NCBI RefSeq assembly: GCF_006345805.1
Contig: NC_042997.1
Coordinates: 25,358,001 to 25,422,000 of the forward strand
Length of the DNA stretch: 64,000 nt
From: Octopus sinensis
Lineage: Eukaryota
Reading direction: 5' to 3'
In this document: in pieces, positions 24,706 to 37,397 of the stretch
Position numbering within the stretch: position 1 is the stretch's first letter
Layout: each line of letters begins with the position of its first letter
Program-made: the position numbers and the translations under genes
The notes under the pieces: model-generated
Told to the model about the DNA's origin: nothing
The model's database searches: none
Seen by the model: only the letters and a program-made list of their open reading frames with translations

Positions 24706-24849
24706 CGAGCGTGCCTATATATGCGTATGTATGTACATATACATTAGTGGCTCTGTGTTTCTAAATAGGAATATACTTGTGTTGTCTCTACATCATAAAT
24801 AACACACTGATCAGCACGGAACCTTCTAATTACATGTAGGTATCATGTG

Positions 24850-25870
24850 AAACGCAATGTAAAATATCATTGGTGTCATAAAACTGAGATTGTGAGACGA
24901 AGCTTATCAGAAAAGCGTGTAGCGTTGTTTGTTTGCATATGCGTGCGTGTGTATCTGCACATCAGTGACAATGTGTCTGAATGTGTGCATGTGTATGTGA
25001 GATTTTCATTTCAATGCATGACTGTTGGGACGAGGCAGAAGGGGTTGCGTGCTTGTGACGTGCGGCCAACCAACCTACAGCTTGATTCACGAGTCAATCT
25101 GATATCGCCATGTCGCTGGACAGTCTGTCACTGGTGTTCTATATCTTCCTAAGGAAGCAACTGACACTTCATGCGCGTGCGCGTGCATTCACAGAGGTGT
25201 ATATGTATATATATATACATACACACGTGTGTGTGTTTGTATGCGTCTGTTTATGTATGTATGTATGTGTCTGTGTCTGTGTATGTGTATATGAAGAGAA
25301 AACGTATGCATTGATATATGTACATGTGTTTGTGTATACACATGTATATTGACGTAGATTCGATATACGAATGCATCAGTCCAAAATAAACAGGTGTGAA
25401 AATCTTCCATCACGCTAACACAATTCGATCGTGGTTTTAGAGTAGTGTTTAGGCAGGTAGATAAGCATACACACACGACCGACAGTTCGACAGACAAACC
25501 GATAGACCGACAGACTGAACGACGAAGTCGGACGAAGGCGAAGTAAGTATACTGAACAGAAAACAGATCTTCGAAAACGAAGAAAATAAAGACAGAGAAC
25601 GGTTTGAAACAAGGAAAAGTCTCATATATTCGCAAGGAAAACAGCCATTGTAGAGGTTGATGGATTACTTGCATTCGTGCCGAGCGTTAGCTAGTAGCAA
25701 CCGCTCACGCTTTATAACTCTTATATCTGCGACCAGTTTCCCCCTCGGCGAAATGTAATCCGCTCAATGTATTAGACATACGGCTGAAATATTCTTCAGA
25801 TCTCCTACAATTTGAAGTTTATATCCAGAATAGCAAAGCCATTCTTTCAGAGCTGTCGACAGAAGTCACT
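24850..25870 (+). promoter_or_regulatory. Candidate promoter / non-coding first exon
   Basis: Unique CpG-enriched sequence with a consensus donor GAA|GTAAGT at 25543. No acceptor or ORF upstream. Confidence 0.3.
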
Positions 25871-26269
25871 AAATTGCACGATGCTTTCTTCTCTTTCTTT
25901 TTCTCCTCGCCATTCTTTCTGAATTTATTATATTACATTGTCTTTTTATTTTTCGCTCCTACTCATTTCTTCTTACTTCCCGTCCTTGTTGTTGTCACAG
26001 TCCGCTTATTTTCTTTCTTTCTTTCTCTTTTTTCTGTACATTATCTCCATCTCTTTCTATTGTTCTAAGCTACTAAATTTTCATTTTCTGCATGTGTGTG
26101 TTTGTGTGTGTGTGTGTGAGAGAGACAAAGAGATAGAGCGGACTCTAAATAAATATATCTGTGTGAATATGTCATTGCACTTGTGCGTCTGTACAGATTG
26201 TATGTGACGTATTCGCTCATGTGTTTGTGTAATGATTTCGCATAGCTATTTGCAGGTTAATACAGGGCT

Positions 26270-27120
26270 GCGACAGAGAATTACTAAACACATAGGACAC
26301 TGTTAATACTGTGATATTGGGGTTGAAAATTTATGTTGTGAAGAACGAAGAATGGTTACTATCAGCAGGTAGATATACCCAGAAAGTTACTAAAGCAGTA
26401 AAATTCAAGAACAGATAGAATAACAGCAGAGTAAGCAAATGCAAAGAAATGGAAGTCAATTCATGCAACAAACCCGAAGATTCTGGAAGTACGCTGGTTT
26501 TCGCTGACGAACAGCAACTTGAAACGAGCAGTTGAAAGGATAATTGTAACCGCTCAGGTGGAAGCTCTTATGAAGAATCTGATAAAAGGCAAAGTTCGAT
26601 AAAACTCAATCGGAGAGCAAATGTAGAACCTGCTGGAAAGGCCAGGAAAGTATCAGTTATGTCTTGAGCGAATGTAGTAAGCGAGCACAAATAAGAATAT
26701 ATGCGCTGCTATGATGCAGTCGGTAAAAGAGCGCACAATGAGGTTAGCCGAGTGTGTGGCTTTGAAATAATAGGAACGTGGTATGAAGGCAAACCAGAGG
26801 CTGTGATTTGGATTTACGGGATTTACCCATAAAGAGTGACCATGCAATTGAAGCAAAAAACCAGATATGAGTGCAGAGAGCAAAATGATGTAAGACATCG
26901 TAATTCCCCATGACAAAATAGATGATGCCAAAGAAATAATGAAAATTGAGGATTAGCAGGCACAACAGCCATAATGCTATCTAAAAGATTAAAAGGTATT
27001 GGACTTGTGACTCGTATTGTAGATCTGGCGAAAAGAGCCATCCTGCATTCTGCAAAAATACTAAAATAGATTCTTAAGATTTGAGAAGGCTTGCTGCTAC
27101 CCAGACTAGTGAAAAAAAGC
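26270..27120 (+). mobile_element. R4/Dong-like RLE non-LTR retrotransposon, 3' part
   Basis: Relics LKRAVERIIVTAQVEAL..IKGKV..SKCRTCW..ESISYVLSECS (decayed CCHC), WYEGKPE, SDHAIEAKKPD (RLE) and KRAILHSAKILK, followed by (TAA/CAA)n. Confidence 0.8.
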
Positions 27121-27159
27121 CTATTGTTTTAAGCTGCTAAATGTGAATTCAAGAGGTTT

Positions 27160-27285
27160 ATAATAATAAAAACAACAACAGCAGCAACAGCAACAACAAC
27201 AACAACAATAATAATAATAATGATAATAATAATAATAATAATAACAACAACAACACAACAACAACAACAACAACAAAAATAACAA
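27160..27285. repeat. (AAC)/(AAT)n microsatellite between two RLE fragments
   Basis: Direct reading. Confidence 0.95.
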
Positions 27286-28235
27286 TGGGGAAGATGAAAT
27301 CCCGGGCTGGTTGACAAAAGGGCGAACGGTATTGTGTCTGAAGAATGCATCAAAGGGGAATGTTGCTGACAATTACAGACCAATATCCTGCCTCCCGTTA
27401 ATGTGGAAGTTACTGTCAGAAGGAATTGCAGAAGAACTGTATAAATTTCTTGATGAGAACGACATGTTACCGCCGGAGAAAAAAAGGCTTAGGAAGAAGA
27501 TGCGGAGGTACCAAAGATCAACTATTAATAGGCAAAATGGCAATGCAAGATTATAAACGAAGGAGAAAAAATTTGGGAATAGCATGGATTCACTATCGCA
27601 ATTCTTATGATATGATTTCACATTCGTGGATCATCGAGTGCTTAGATCTATTTGGAATTGCGAGGAATGTAACGTGTTTCTTGAAGAGAAGTATGGTGGG
27701 ATGAAAAACTGAACTGACTTACGGAAAAAGCTTGGGTACCCTGGGAATCAGATGAGGGATTTTTTAGGGTGACAGCATATCTCAGTTGTTTTTCGCTCTC
27801 TGCATGATATCCCTGACCTTGGTGCTCAGGTAAATGAACCTGGGATACCAACTAAAGGAAAAATCCCAAACAATCAACCACTTCCTTTTCATGGATGAAT
27901 TGAAACTGTATGGCAGAGATGTGACATAAGCGAGTTCCTCGTGACATAAGTGAGTTCCTCGTGACATAAGTGAGTTCCTTAGTACTTGTATTAGAAAGGA
28001 ATTTGGAATCAAGAATTGCGGAGTAATCTACCTAAAAAGAAGCAAGGTACAGCCCCTAGCAGTGATAGAATTACCGAAGAGAGACTTGATTAAGCAAATT
28101 GAAACGGAAGGATACAAATACCTGCAACGAGATAATGGAAAACGAAATGAAAGAGCTATTGAGGATGGAGTATCTCCGAAGACTGAAGCGGTGCTGCGCT
28201 CAAAATTGACTGGGCACTTGTTTACTGGTTATGCT
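27286..28235 (+). mobile_element. R4/Dong-like reverse transcriptase fragment (pseudogenised)
   Basis: [76 protein letters not shown]; multiple stops and frameshifts. Confidence 0.9.
27921..27979 (+). repeat. 20-bp tandem repeat x3 (GTGACATAAG[C/T]GAGTTCCTC)
   Basis: Direct reading; lies inside the RT fragment just after the FMDE motif. Confidence 0.95.
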
Positions 28236-28349
28236 TCAAGAACCCTGTGAAGAATTCAAAGCAATACTGATTTCTGTAGATGTTCTACCTTCACACTTGC
28301 ACCGATCTTTTTCAGCAATGCTGGTAGTTGAGTGCTGATACTGCCAAGT

Positions 28350-28525
28350 TATGGTGGGATGGAAAACTGAACTGACTTACGGAAAAAGCTTGGGTACCCT
28401 GGGAATCAGAAGAGGGTTTTTTATGGTGATAGCATATCTCCGTTGCTTTTCGTTTTCTGCATGATACCCCTAACCTTGGTACTCAGGAAAATGTACCTGG
28501 GATACCAGCTAAAGGAAAAATCCCA
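28350..28525 (+). mobile_element. Second copy of the RT segment at 27692-27868
   Basis: Near-identical direct repeat of ~176 bp. Confidence 0.9.
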
Positions 28526-29135
28526 CGAAAAGATGTAAAGCAAAGTCGACCTCGGCATGCGCTAGCCTTGACAGTGGCTGGACATGTTCTTCGCTGCGCT
28601 GACAAGTCAGTAGCCGAAGACTCAGAAACACTGACACAAACAAACAGAACAACTGAAAAAATAACTTTTAAAAATTGGAACATCTACAATCTCCTGTGAG
28701 TGTTTTCAAATTTCCCCCAAAATATGGTTAGAAACTTACAGATCTACAATTTTCTCTGGACGAATACACAAGCGATCATCTGTAAAAACTTTATAAAACT
28801 TTGATATTTACAACTTCTGTGAATACCTATCTTTCTTTTCTCTCTGACTACTCGAATATGTAAACATACCTTATACTGCAACAAATTACACGCACGACAA
28901 ATATTAAGGAGTTAAGCACCTGCCAATATATACAAACTGCACAATTACGAAAACTGTAAGCCACAGCAAAACCTATAAAAAGAAAATGTTTTTTTTTTAA
29001 ATCCCAAAATACAAAAGTTCAACGATGTAAACATCAGTATATATATTATTATTTTTCTATCGGTAATTAAAAACAGAACAAGGTGAATTGGTTCTTTCTA
29101 AGGAAACGGTCAGTGCTCTTATTGATCGTTAGTGG

Positions 29136-29519
29136 TGGAAGCACTCCGTCGGTTACGACGACGAGGGTTCCGGTTGATCCGAATCAACGGAACAGCCTGC
29201 TCGTGAAATTAACGTGTAAGTGGCTGAGCACTCCACAGACACGTGCACCCTTAACGTAGTTCTCGGGGATATTCAGCGTGACACAGAGGGTGACAAGACC
29301 GGCCCCTTGAAATACAGGTACAACAGAAACAGGAAGTAAGAGTGAGAGAAAGTTGTGGTGAAAGAGTACAGTAGGGATCACCACCATCCCTGCCGGAGCC
29401 TCGTGGAGCTTTAGGTGTTTTCGCTCAATAAACACTCACAACGGCCGGTCTGGGAATCGAAACCGCGATCCTATGACCGCGAGTCCGCTGCCCTAACCAC
29501 TGGGCCATTGCGCCTCCAC
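29136..29519 (-). mobile_element. SINE family D, full length
   Basis: TSD TGATCGTTAGT at 29123-29133 and 29520-29530. Confidence 0.95.
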
Positions 29520-29714
29520 TGATCGTTAGTAGTAGTAGTAAACACTTTGACCTCTGCTGACTGCAAGTGTATGACGCTTCTTTTGCCCCCTGATCGCACA
29601 GGAATGCAAAGCCTCATTGTTAATCTCCTTCTCACCATCAGCTTGAACATATTTACAGAACTGTAGAATTTGGTCCAACTATCTCCTCCAACCCTCAAAT
29701 GTTTATGATTATCT

Positions 29715-30165
29715 CAAGTACAAGACAAACGTCGAAATTAAACATTTAATAATACCACACAGAGATAGGAGAAGATATGGCATCTTAAGACGGTTACAAT
29801 ACCAGTGGTTGTAGGAACGCTTGGAATGATGAAAAATGAACTGAAAATTTTTTAAGAATGATCCCTGGATTAACATCCATGCAGAAAGTGCAGAAGATTG
29901 TATTAACTGATACGTCACACGTATTGAGGAGAGCGTTGTCGCTGTGAATTTTCGTTCACTTTTTGCCCTTTCTTTTCTTTTTGCCTTTTTCTCTATCTTC
30001 TCCTTTTTCTATCACAGTATTTTGTAAATGAACAATCTGGTGTGATTATTTTAATGGCCTACATATGTATACTGTGCGTTTCTCTGCCCGAGGTGTCAGG
30101 AAGGTACTCGGCAAGAAAAGGAGATAATTGAAAGAAGATGATTATGTAAGGGATAATAGTAATAA
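29715..30165 (+). mobile_element. 3' end of another RLE (R4/Dong-like) LINE
   Basis: GHLKTVTIPVVVGTLGMMK..MIPGLTSMQKVQKIVLTDTSHVLRRALSL*, then a 3' UTR ending in AAT repeats. Confidence 0.75.
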
Positions 30166-30297
30166 TTATTATCAGAACCCATAACAAAGCACGGATAATC
30201 ACAAATACTATAAAATAGTTGGGTTACAAGTAACACATATATACATTACTACGCAACACCCCTCCAAAATCATATAAGAATAAACTGAAACTGTAAA

Positions 30298-30591
30298 TCT
30301 TTATATATAAAAGTGAAGTTGTGTGAGTGTCTGTCTCCTACGATTTAGATTCCTAACTACTCCCATATTTTGCGGTGCAGTTTAACCAAAAGTGGGTATC
30401 TCATAGTCATGATTCATATCGAGTCCTTCTGAGTATTAGCACGCGTCTACGATTTAAAAAAAATTAATTTACCATAATTTTTTCCCATTTTTAATGCATT
30501 TTTTGCTATTATATAAGGGAAGTAACTCTCTAAAAATGCTTATATAGTTATTTCCCTTACAAACCCGAGCAACGCCGGGCGATACTGCTAG
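30298..30591 (+). mobile_element. Non-autonomous Helitron, 294 bp
   Basis: A|TCTTTATATATAAAAG 5' end, subterminal hairpin CCCGAGCAACGCCGGG (30564-30579), CTAG|T 3' end, no TSD. Confidence 0.88.
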
Positions 30592-31109
30592 TACCCAATA
30601 AAATAAACAAATTCCACAAAATGTGCGATAGAAGCCCGATGCCCGACAGAAGAAGAGAATGTGAAACAACGACAACAACAACAACAACAGTTTTGAACTT
30701 AGTTCCGATATGAGCAATATTTTTACGTGAGCCGATTATATCGTCCCCAGTATGTTGATTTGTACTTTATTAAATTCAGAAAGATTAAAGGATGTGTTTA
30801 TCCCGATCAGATTTGGACCTAGGGCGTAAAAAATGTGCACCCAAAGGCATTTTAACAATTTTGCCACTTCATGTCCTAAAAACATTTGTTTCTATCTGAG
30901 GCACCAGGGGAGAGACTCGGTCGATACAAACAACCAAGTACTTGATTCTTCCTTTGTATAAATGACTCTGTAGGGATTTAACGTAAAGTTGATCTTGGCA
31001 GGACTTAAATTTAGAACTCAGTAAGCTGGGAAAATACCACAAGGTATTCTTTCAGACACTTTTACGATTTAGTCCACTCGCTTCCAGTAAAAATCAGTTT
31101 TTCCCTCAT

Positions 31110-31141
31110 CATCGCCATCATCATCGTCTTCGTCATCATCG

Positions 31142-31190
<49 letters not shown>
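31110..31190. repeat. (CAT)n microsatellite
   Basis: Direct reading. Confidence 0.95.
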
Positions 31191-31192
<2 letters not shown>

Positions 31193-31628
31193 GCTCCGCA
31201 TTATTGTATCAACAGCATCATCTTTGTCTACGCCATCAACAACATAATGATACTGATGATGTTGATGATGACGTCATCATCCACTTCATTTCCTACTAAT
31301 CGTTACCATCAACATTAATGTCAAGTTGTGGTGATAAATAGTGTAATCGGAAAAGACGATAGAAAACTGTCGATGTAGTTTCAAGTCAGTAAACACAGTA
31401 GACAGTGAACAAACGCAGAACGTATAGGTGGAAATTTAAATTGCTAGCAGTAAAGGCCAAATATTCCTCATATTTACACTATGGCCTGTTATAAGAGGCG
31501 GTACGGTAAAAAGATTGTCTGAGGCAATATCTGCCTGAAAATCATTATACTGGATTATTTTTGATTACATTATCCTAATAAGACTAAATTGGAGAGAGAA
31601 AAAAAGAAAAAAATAACAGCTTGTTCAC

Positions 31629-32006
31629 ACCAACCACATGGTTCCGGGTTCAGTACCGCTGCGTGGCACCTTGGGCAAGTGTTTTCTACTATAGCCTCGG
31701 GCCGACCAAAGCCTTGTGAGTGGATTTGGTAGAGAGAAACTGAAAGTAGCCCGTCGTATATATATATATATATATATATATGCGCGCGCGTGTGTGTGTG
31801 TATGTGTGTGTCTTTGTGTTTGTTCTCCCAACTTCGCTTGACAACCGATGCTGGTGTGTTTACGTCCCCGTAACTTAGTGGTTCGGCAAAAGAGACCGAT
31901 AGAATAAGTACTAGGCTTACAAAGAATAAGTCCTGGGGTCGATGTTCTCGACTAAAGGCGGTGCTCCAGCATGGCCGCAGTCAAATGACTGAAACAAATA
32001 AAAAAG
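31629..32006 (+). mobile_element. Composite SINE B/C, 5' truncated
   Basis: B-box onward, microsatellite spacer and C tail. Confidence 0.9.
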
Positions 32007-32627
32007 TAACTTTTACTCTTTTATTTGTTTCCCCGCAAATCAAGAAAATACTAAGACGCTTAACGAACATTTTCTGACAAAAAAGCTATTCCCTTCACAG
32101 TAAGCAACACCATACTTTAAATTATCTTGTTTTCTTGAGTAAATTAACTTATTTGGTTACCCTAATCAATTGACTGGACATGCGCGCGCGCACAGACACA
32201 CATGCACGCGCACGACGAGTCTACTTGTCCAGATATACCATCCTTTTACGCAGTGTGATCTTTAATCAGATCAAACTGTGCAGTTCAGCCGTTGAATTTG
32301 CCAGTCTACTGTTTTGTGACACAGTAGATCTTGACATGTAAATGAGAGTTAAATGTCTCCAGAAGGACGCTGGCACTCTTTAGAATTTAAGTCATCATGT
32401 GCACATCTCACTTCAGTATGTCTATCTTGATATTGGTATATGGTTGACAGGGAAATCTAGGAGTGGCTGACAAAATGACGCACTCCTTTTAAAAATTTAT
32501 AAACAGTTTCTAAAAATACAATTCTAGTCGCCTTTGTTTATAAAACATTAATAGGATAATATACTCTGACTGACAGATGTAACTATCATTTACCAATACA
32601 GCGTGGCGTCTAAACAAGCAGTAATTT

Positions 32628-32785
32628 AGCGTGGGTGCCTGGTAGGAATCTTGCTTCCCAACCACATAGTTCTGGGTTCAGTCCTACTGTGTGACACCTT
32701 GGGCAAGTGTCTTTTCTAACCTCGAACCGACTAAAGTCTTGTGAGTGGATTTGGTAGATGGAAGCTGAAAGAAACTCGACGTGTG
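32628..32785 (+). mobile_element. SINE B head module
   Basis: GGGTTCAGTCC and ACCTTGGGCAAGT. Confidence 0.75.
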
Positions 32786-32788
32786 TGA

Positions 32789-32821
<33 letters not shown>

Positions 32822-32823
<2 letters not shown>

Positions 32824-33171
32824 ATCAAAATAAGCTACAAGGATATCCAGAGGTAATGCAGTATGATCGTTTCATGCGACTCCATTTCATTGAACAATGC
32901 AAATATTACATCAATTTAAAATGTAGAGCAATCTTCAGCTGCATAAAAATATAGAATTTAGGTAAATTCGAAGGACTCATTTGTATAATTAAAAAAAAAT
33001 CCAAAATCAACAAGAAGATAAGGAGATATACAAAGAACATGTTTCACCAACAACATCACAGTTGCTCTACATTTTAAATTGATGTAATGTTTGTATTGTT
33101 CAATTAAATGGAGTCGCATAAAACGATCTTACTGCATTATCTCTGGGTATCCTTGCTGCTTATTTTGATTA
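32822..33171. mobile_element. MITE with 110-bp TIRs
   Basis: Arms 32822-32931 and 33062-33171 are reverse complements (about 9 mismatches by eye), with a 130-bp spacer and TA on both flanks. Confidence 0.9.
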
Positions 33172-33286
33172 TAATCACCTTATTTTAAATTATATGGATA
33201 ATACCATGCTAAGTTCTGGTGCCTTCAACTTAAGTACCACATTCATCTGAATTTAAATTTTACTGAACTTATCTACCATACCTAGA

Positions 33287-33317
<31 letters not shown>

Positions 33318-33945
33318 AATATATATATATATACACACACACATATGTATGTATGTATGTATGTATTATGTATGTATGTATGTTGTATGTATATACACAA
33401 ACACGTGTTGTATATACGTTTTGCAATATTCTTGATCTGAAATCGTGCGCTGAAATAGATATTGTTGTATTTCGGGATGGTACTTTTTCTTGCCAAATAA
33501 ACACAAGCATTGCATATTCGTTCTTCCCTTCTTTATTACTGTTCTTATTTCATATCCATTGTCTGGACATTTTTCGTCGCACACCATTGATGTCTTCAGC
33601 GACTAACAATCCCACGAGTCTCGTCTCTCCTGTTCTGTTTAGTCTATTATCTCGTGTATTTAACAAGCATTAATCTGAGAAAATATGCATTCAGATCGAT
33701 TCATTCGACTAAAATTTCTCCAAGGTGGTACCTCAACATGTTCGCAATCTTTTAGACATTTTCAGACATTAAACTTAAATGACATAAGATAAATAATATA
33801 TTTCTGTATAGTATGGAATCAGAATTTAAGAATTTAAGGGCAAACAAATAAGAAAAATAATAATATTGCTCTTTCGGAAAGGTATCGTGATACAAGAGTG
33901 CTGGGTTTCATGTAAGACAGTTCAGTTGCCTGCTATTCTAGAACA

Positions 33946-34330
33946 GTGGAGGCGCAATGGCCCAGTGGTTAGGGCAGCGGACTCGCGGTCGTAGGATCGC
34001 GTTTCGATTCCCAGACCGGGCGTTGTGAGTGTTTATTGAGCGAAAACACCTAAAGCTCCATGATGCTCCGGCAGGGATGGTGGTGATCCCTGCTGTACTC
34101 TTTCACCACAACTTTCTCTCACTCTTACTTCCTGTTTCTGTTGTGCCTGTATTTCAAAGGGCCGGCCTTGTCACTCTCTGTGTCACGCTGAATATCCCCG
34201 AGAACTGAGTTAAGGGTACACGGGTCTGTGGAGTGCTCAGCCACTTACACGTTAATTTCACGAGCAGGCTGTTCCGTTGATCGGATCAACCGGAACCCTC
34301 GTCGTCGTAACCGATGGAGTGCTTCCATCC
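33946..34330 (+). mobile_element. SINE family D, full length
   Basis: TSD ATTCTAGAACA at 33935-33945 and 34331-34341. Confidence 0.95.
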
Positions 34331-34769
34331 ATTCTAGAACAATGTCGTTCCTTCTTAGCCAAGGTAAGATTGGTCTAACTTCTTTTTAGCATTAAAATGT
34401 AATTTTAAATGTAGTATTTAGATTTTCTTCTCCTTGATAAAACTTGATACATTTGTAACATGTTTGAGACGCATTAGTTCTATTTATGAAGAGCGCCTTT
34501 TCAAAAAACCTTTACCATTACACCAAGGAAAATTATTCTTCTGCATCCAGCGTATTCTCCAACAAAGGAAATTAAACTAAAGACAACCTGTTTCAATCTG
34601 ACTAGACGTTGTCTGCGACGATCTAATCTATCATGTTCTTTTTTGATTCCCAACAGAGATATTGGAAGGAACAGAAGCAGCATGTAAAGGGTAAAAATGG
34701 AACTTAATACATTTTGACTTCACGAAACGCAGTGAAGAAATTCTTGTTACTCATGTCAGGATGTTGACG

Positions 34770-34780
34770 ATATATTTATA

Positions 34781-34822
<42 letters not shown>

Positions 34823-34898
34823 CATATACATATATACACACACACAGATATGTATATATATATATATACATATACATATATACATATATAAACACACA

Positions 34899-34944
<46 letters not shown>

Positions 34945-35073
34945 TATAGATATATAGATACACACCATACATATATATATATACATACATTCATCTAAAT
35001 ACATACATATTATATATATAAGCATACACACACACACATTATAGGTATATATATATATATATTATATATATAT

Positions 35074-35105
<32 letters not shown>
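34770..35105. repeat. (TA)/(CA)-rich compound microsatellite
   Basis: Direct reading. Confidence 0.9.
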
Positions 35106-35107
<2 letters not shown>

Positions 35108-36007
35108 TCCGTTGAGAACAAGGCAAGATCTTAGATCGTGAAGGCAATTCATGGCAAAGCTTAGACGCACACACTTAAGTTTGTAATGAAACAGAGAAAA
35201 TCTGACATCGTCATTTATTTATAATGTACATTTGTATATACTTGTATAGTTAGAGGAAATAACTCACAGCCATACTCATATACAAACAAATATACACAAG
35301 CATACATATACAGGTGGATAGATAGATAGAGATATTGCTTCATAGATGGATATATATATATATATATATATTATATTATATATATATATATATATATACA
35401 TACACACACACACACATATATATACATAGATACAGATAGAGAGAGGTAGAAAGGGAAAGAGAGATACACATAAATATATAGGCAAAAATGAATGCACACA
35501 CACACACACACACATATATATATGCGCGCACGTGCACATACACTGTTATATATATAAACACATACTGATATTAAATAAATATTGAATATTCACCCATCTG
35601 GTGAAATAATAAGATTAGGGACTTCACTGATCATAAATATCCATCAGACGTACCCATGCACACTTAAACATACACATACAATTACACACTCACACAAAAA
35701 GATTGTGAATTATATATCTATGTAAATGTATAATGATGTGTAAATGTGTATGTATGTCCGCATTTATCTTTCTCTGTGTGTTCTATAAAGTTAAATAGTT
35801 ATATATCTCGAACGCTTCATAGATAAATCTAAGTCTATTATAAGTTTCTAAGAGATGGGCAAATGGCATTTCTGATGTCCATGAAATATGTTCATATCCC
35901 AAGAGTTTTAGTAATGTAACTGGAGTAGATTCAGTATTGCAAAGAAATGAAATTACTAAAGTACTGGCCTTTTCCAGCAGGGTAGGTCATTGTTATATAC
36001 GAACACA

Positions 36008-36009
36008 TA

Positions 36010-36106
<97 letters not shown>

Positions 36107-36111
36107 CGCTC

Positions 36112-36180
<69 letters not shown>

Positions 36181-36181
36181 G

Positions 36182-36216
<35 letters not shown>

Positions 36217-36226
36217 ACATACATAC

Positions 36227-36295
<69 letters not shown>

Positions 36296-36358
36296 ATATA
36301 TATATTATATATATATATATATTATATATATGTATATGTAATATATAATATATATATA

Positions 36359-36403
<45 letters not shown>

Positions 36404-36418
36404 ATACATATATATACA
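36008..36418. repeat. (TCTA)n then degenerate (TA)n
   Basis: Direct reading. Confidence 0.95.
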
Positions 36419-36980
36419 TAGCATTCGGGATATTGATGTGATTTCTTATTCCAAAGTTCATCTTTTTCACTTCTTAATACTCTACTTTTTTTGTATCAGA
36501 ATTGAATAACTGTATTCATGTATGTATGTGTGGTGTGTGTGTGTGTGTGTGTGTGTGTGTGATAGGATGCAGAACTATAAAACACTTTTACCATTAACAG
36601 ATGTCAAAGAATTGTTTGCTACACCTCGCTGTCGTGGTAATAATATATGTGATGGTTTACCGTTGAAATCCCACGTGGAAAAGTCGATTTATTTATTGAT
36701 TGCTCTTACCGAAATTCTCTCACCCCTCGAAAATAATGTGAAAGTCTGAATGATAACTGTATGTGAAATATAAAATATAAAATTTTTGTAAGATATTTCT
36801 TCTCACTCTATTTTGATATGATTTGATATACCTCTACTGAAAGTAAAAATTGTTTACGCTATCATTATCATTAAAACCATCATCGCGTTATGAATATTCA
36901 CCATCATGGAAGATATAATCCCCTTCTTCACATTGTCAAAATCCCCATGTTTTTCATTGTTATTATCATCCCCATTTATT

Positions 36981-37389
36981 ATTTCTTTACTGTCCACAAG
37001 GGGCTACACACAGAGGGTTCAAACAAGGACAGACAAACGGATTAAGTCGATAATATCGACCTCAGTGTGTAACTGGTACTTATTTAATCGACCCCGAGAG
37101 GATGAAAGGCAAAGTTGACCTCGGCGGAATTTGAACTCAGAGCGTTGCGGCATACGAAATACCTATTTCTTTACTAGCCACAAGGGGCTAAACACAGAGA
37201 GGACAAACAAGGACAGACAAACGGATTAAGTCGATTATACCGACCCCAGTACGTAACTGGTACTTATTTAATCGACCCCGAAAGGATGAATGGCAAAGTC
37301 GACCTCGGCGGAATATGAACTCAGATCGTAGTGGCAGACGAAATACCGCTAAGCATCTCGACCGGCGTGCTAACGATTCTGCCAGCTCC
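36981..37389 (-). mobile_element. SINE family A, two tandem units
   Basis: Unit starts at 36981 and 37165 (period 184), then the head. Confidence 0.9.
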
Positions 37390-37397
37390 CCATTTAG

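Noticed and set aside
27921-27979. CRISPR-like array
   Set aside because: The repeats are contiguous with no spacers, lie inside a LINE RT, and the context is eukaryotic.
33555-33605. CTGAAGA...GAAA...GTC on the - strand
   Set aside because: Stems I, II and III do not pair.
33946-34020. tRNA genes
   Set aside because: The A/B boxes belong to SINE heads that run into SINE bodies with TSDs; no complete cloverleaf.
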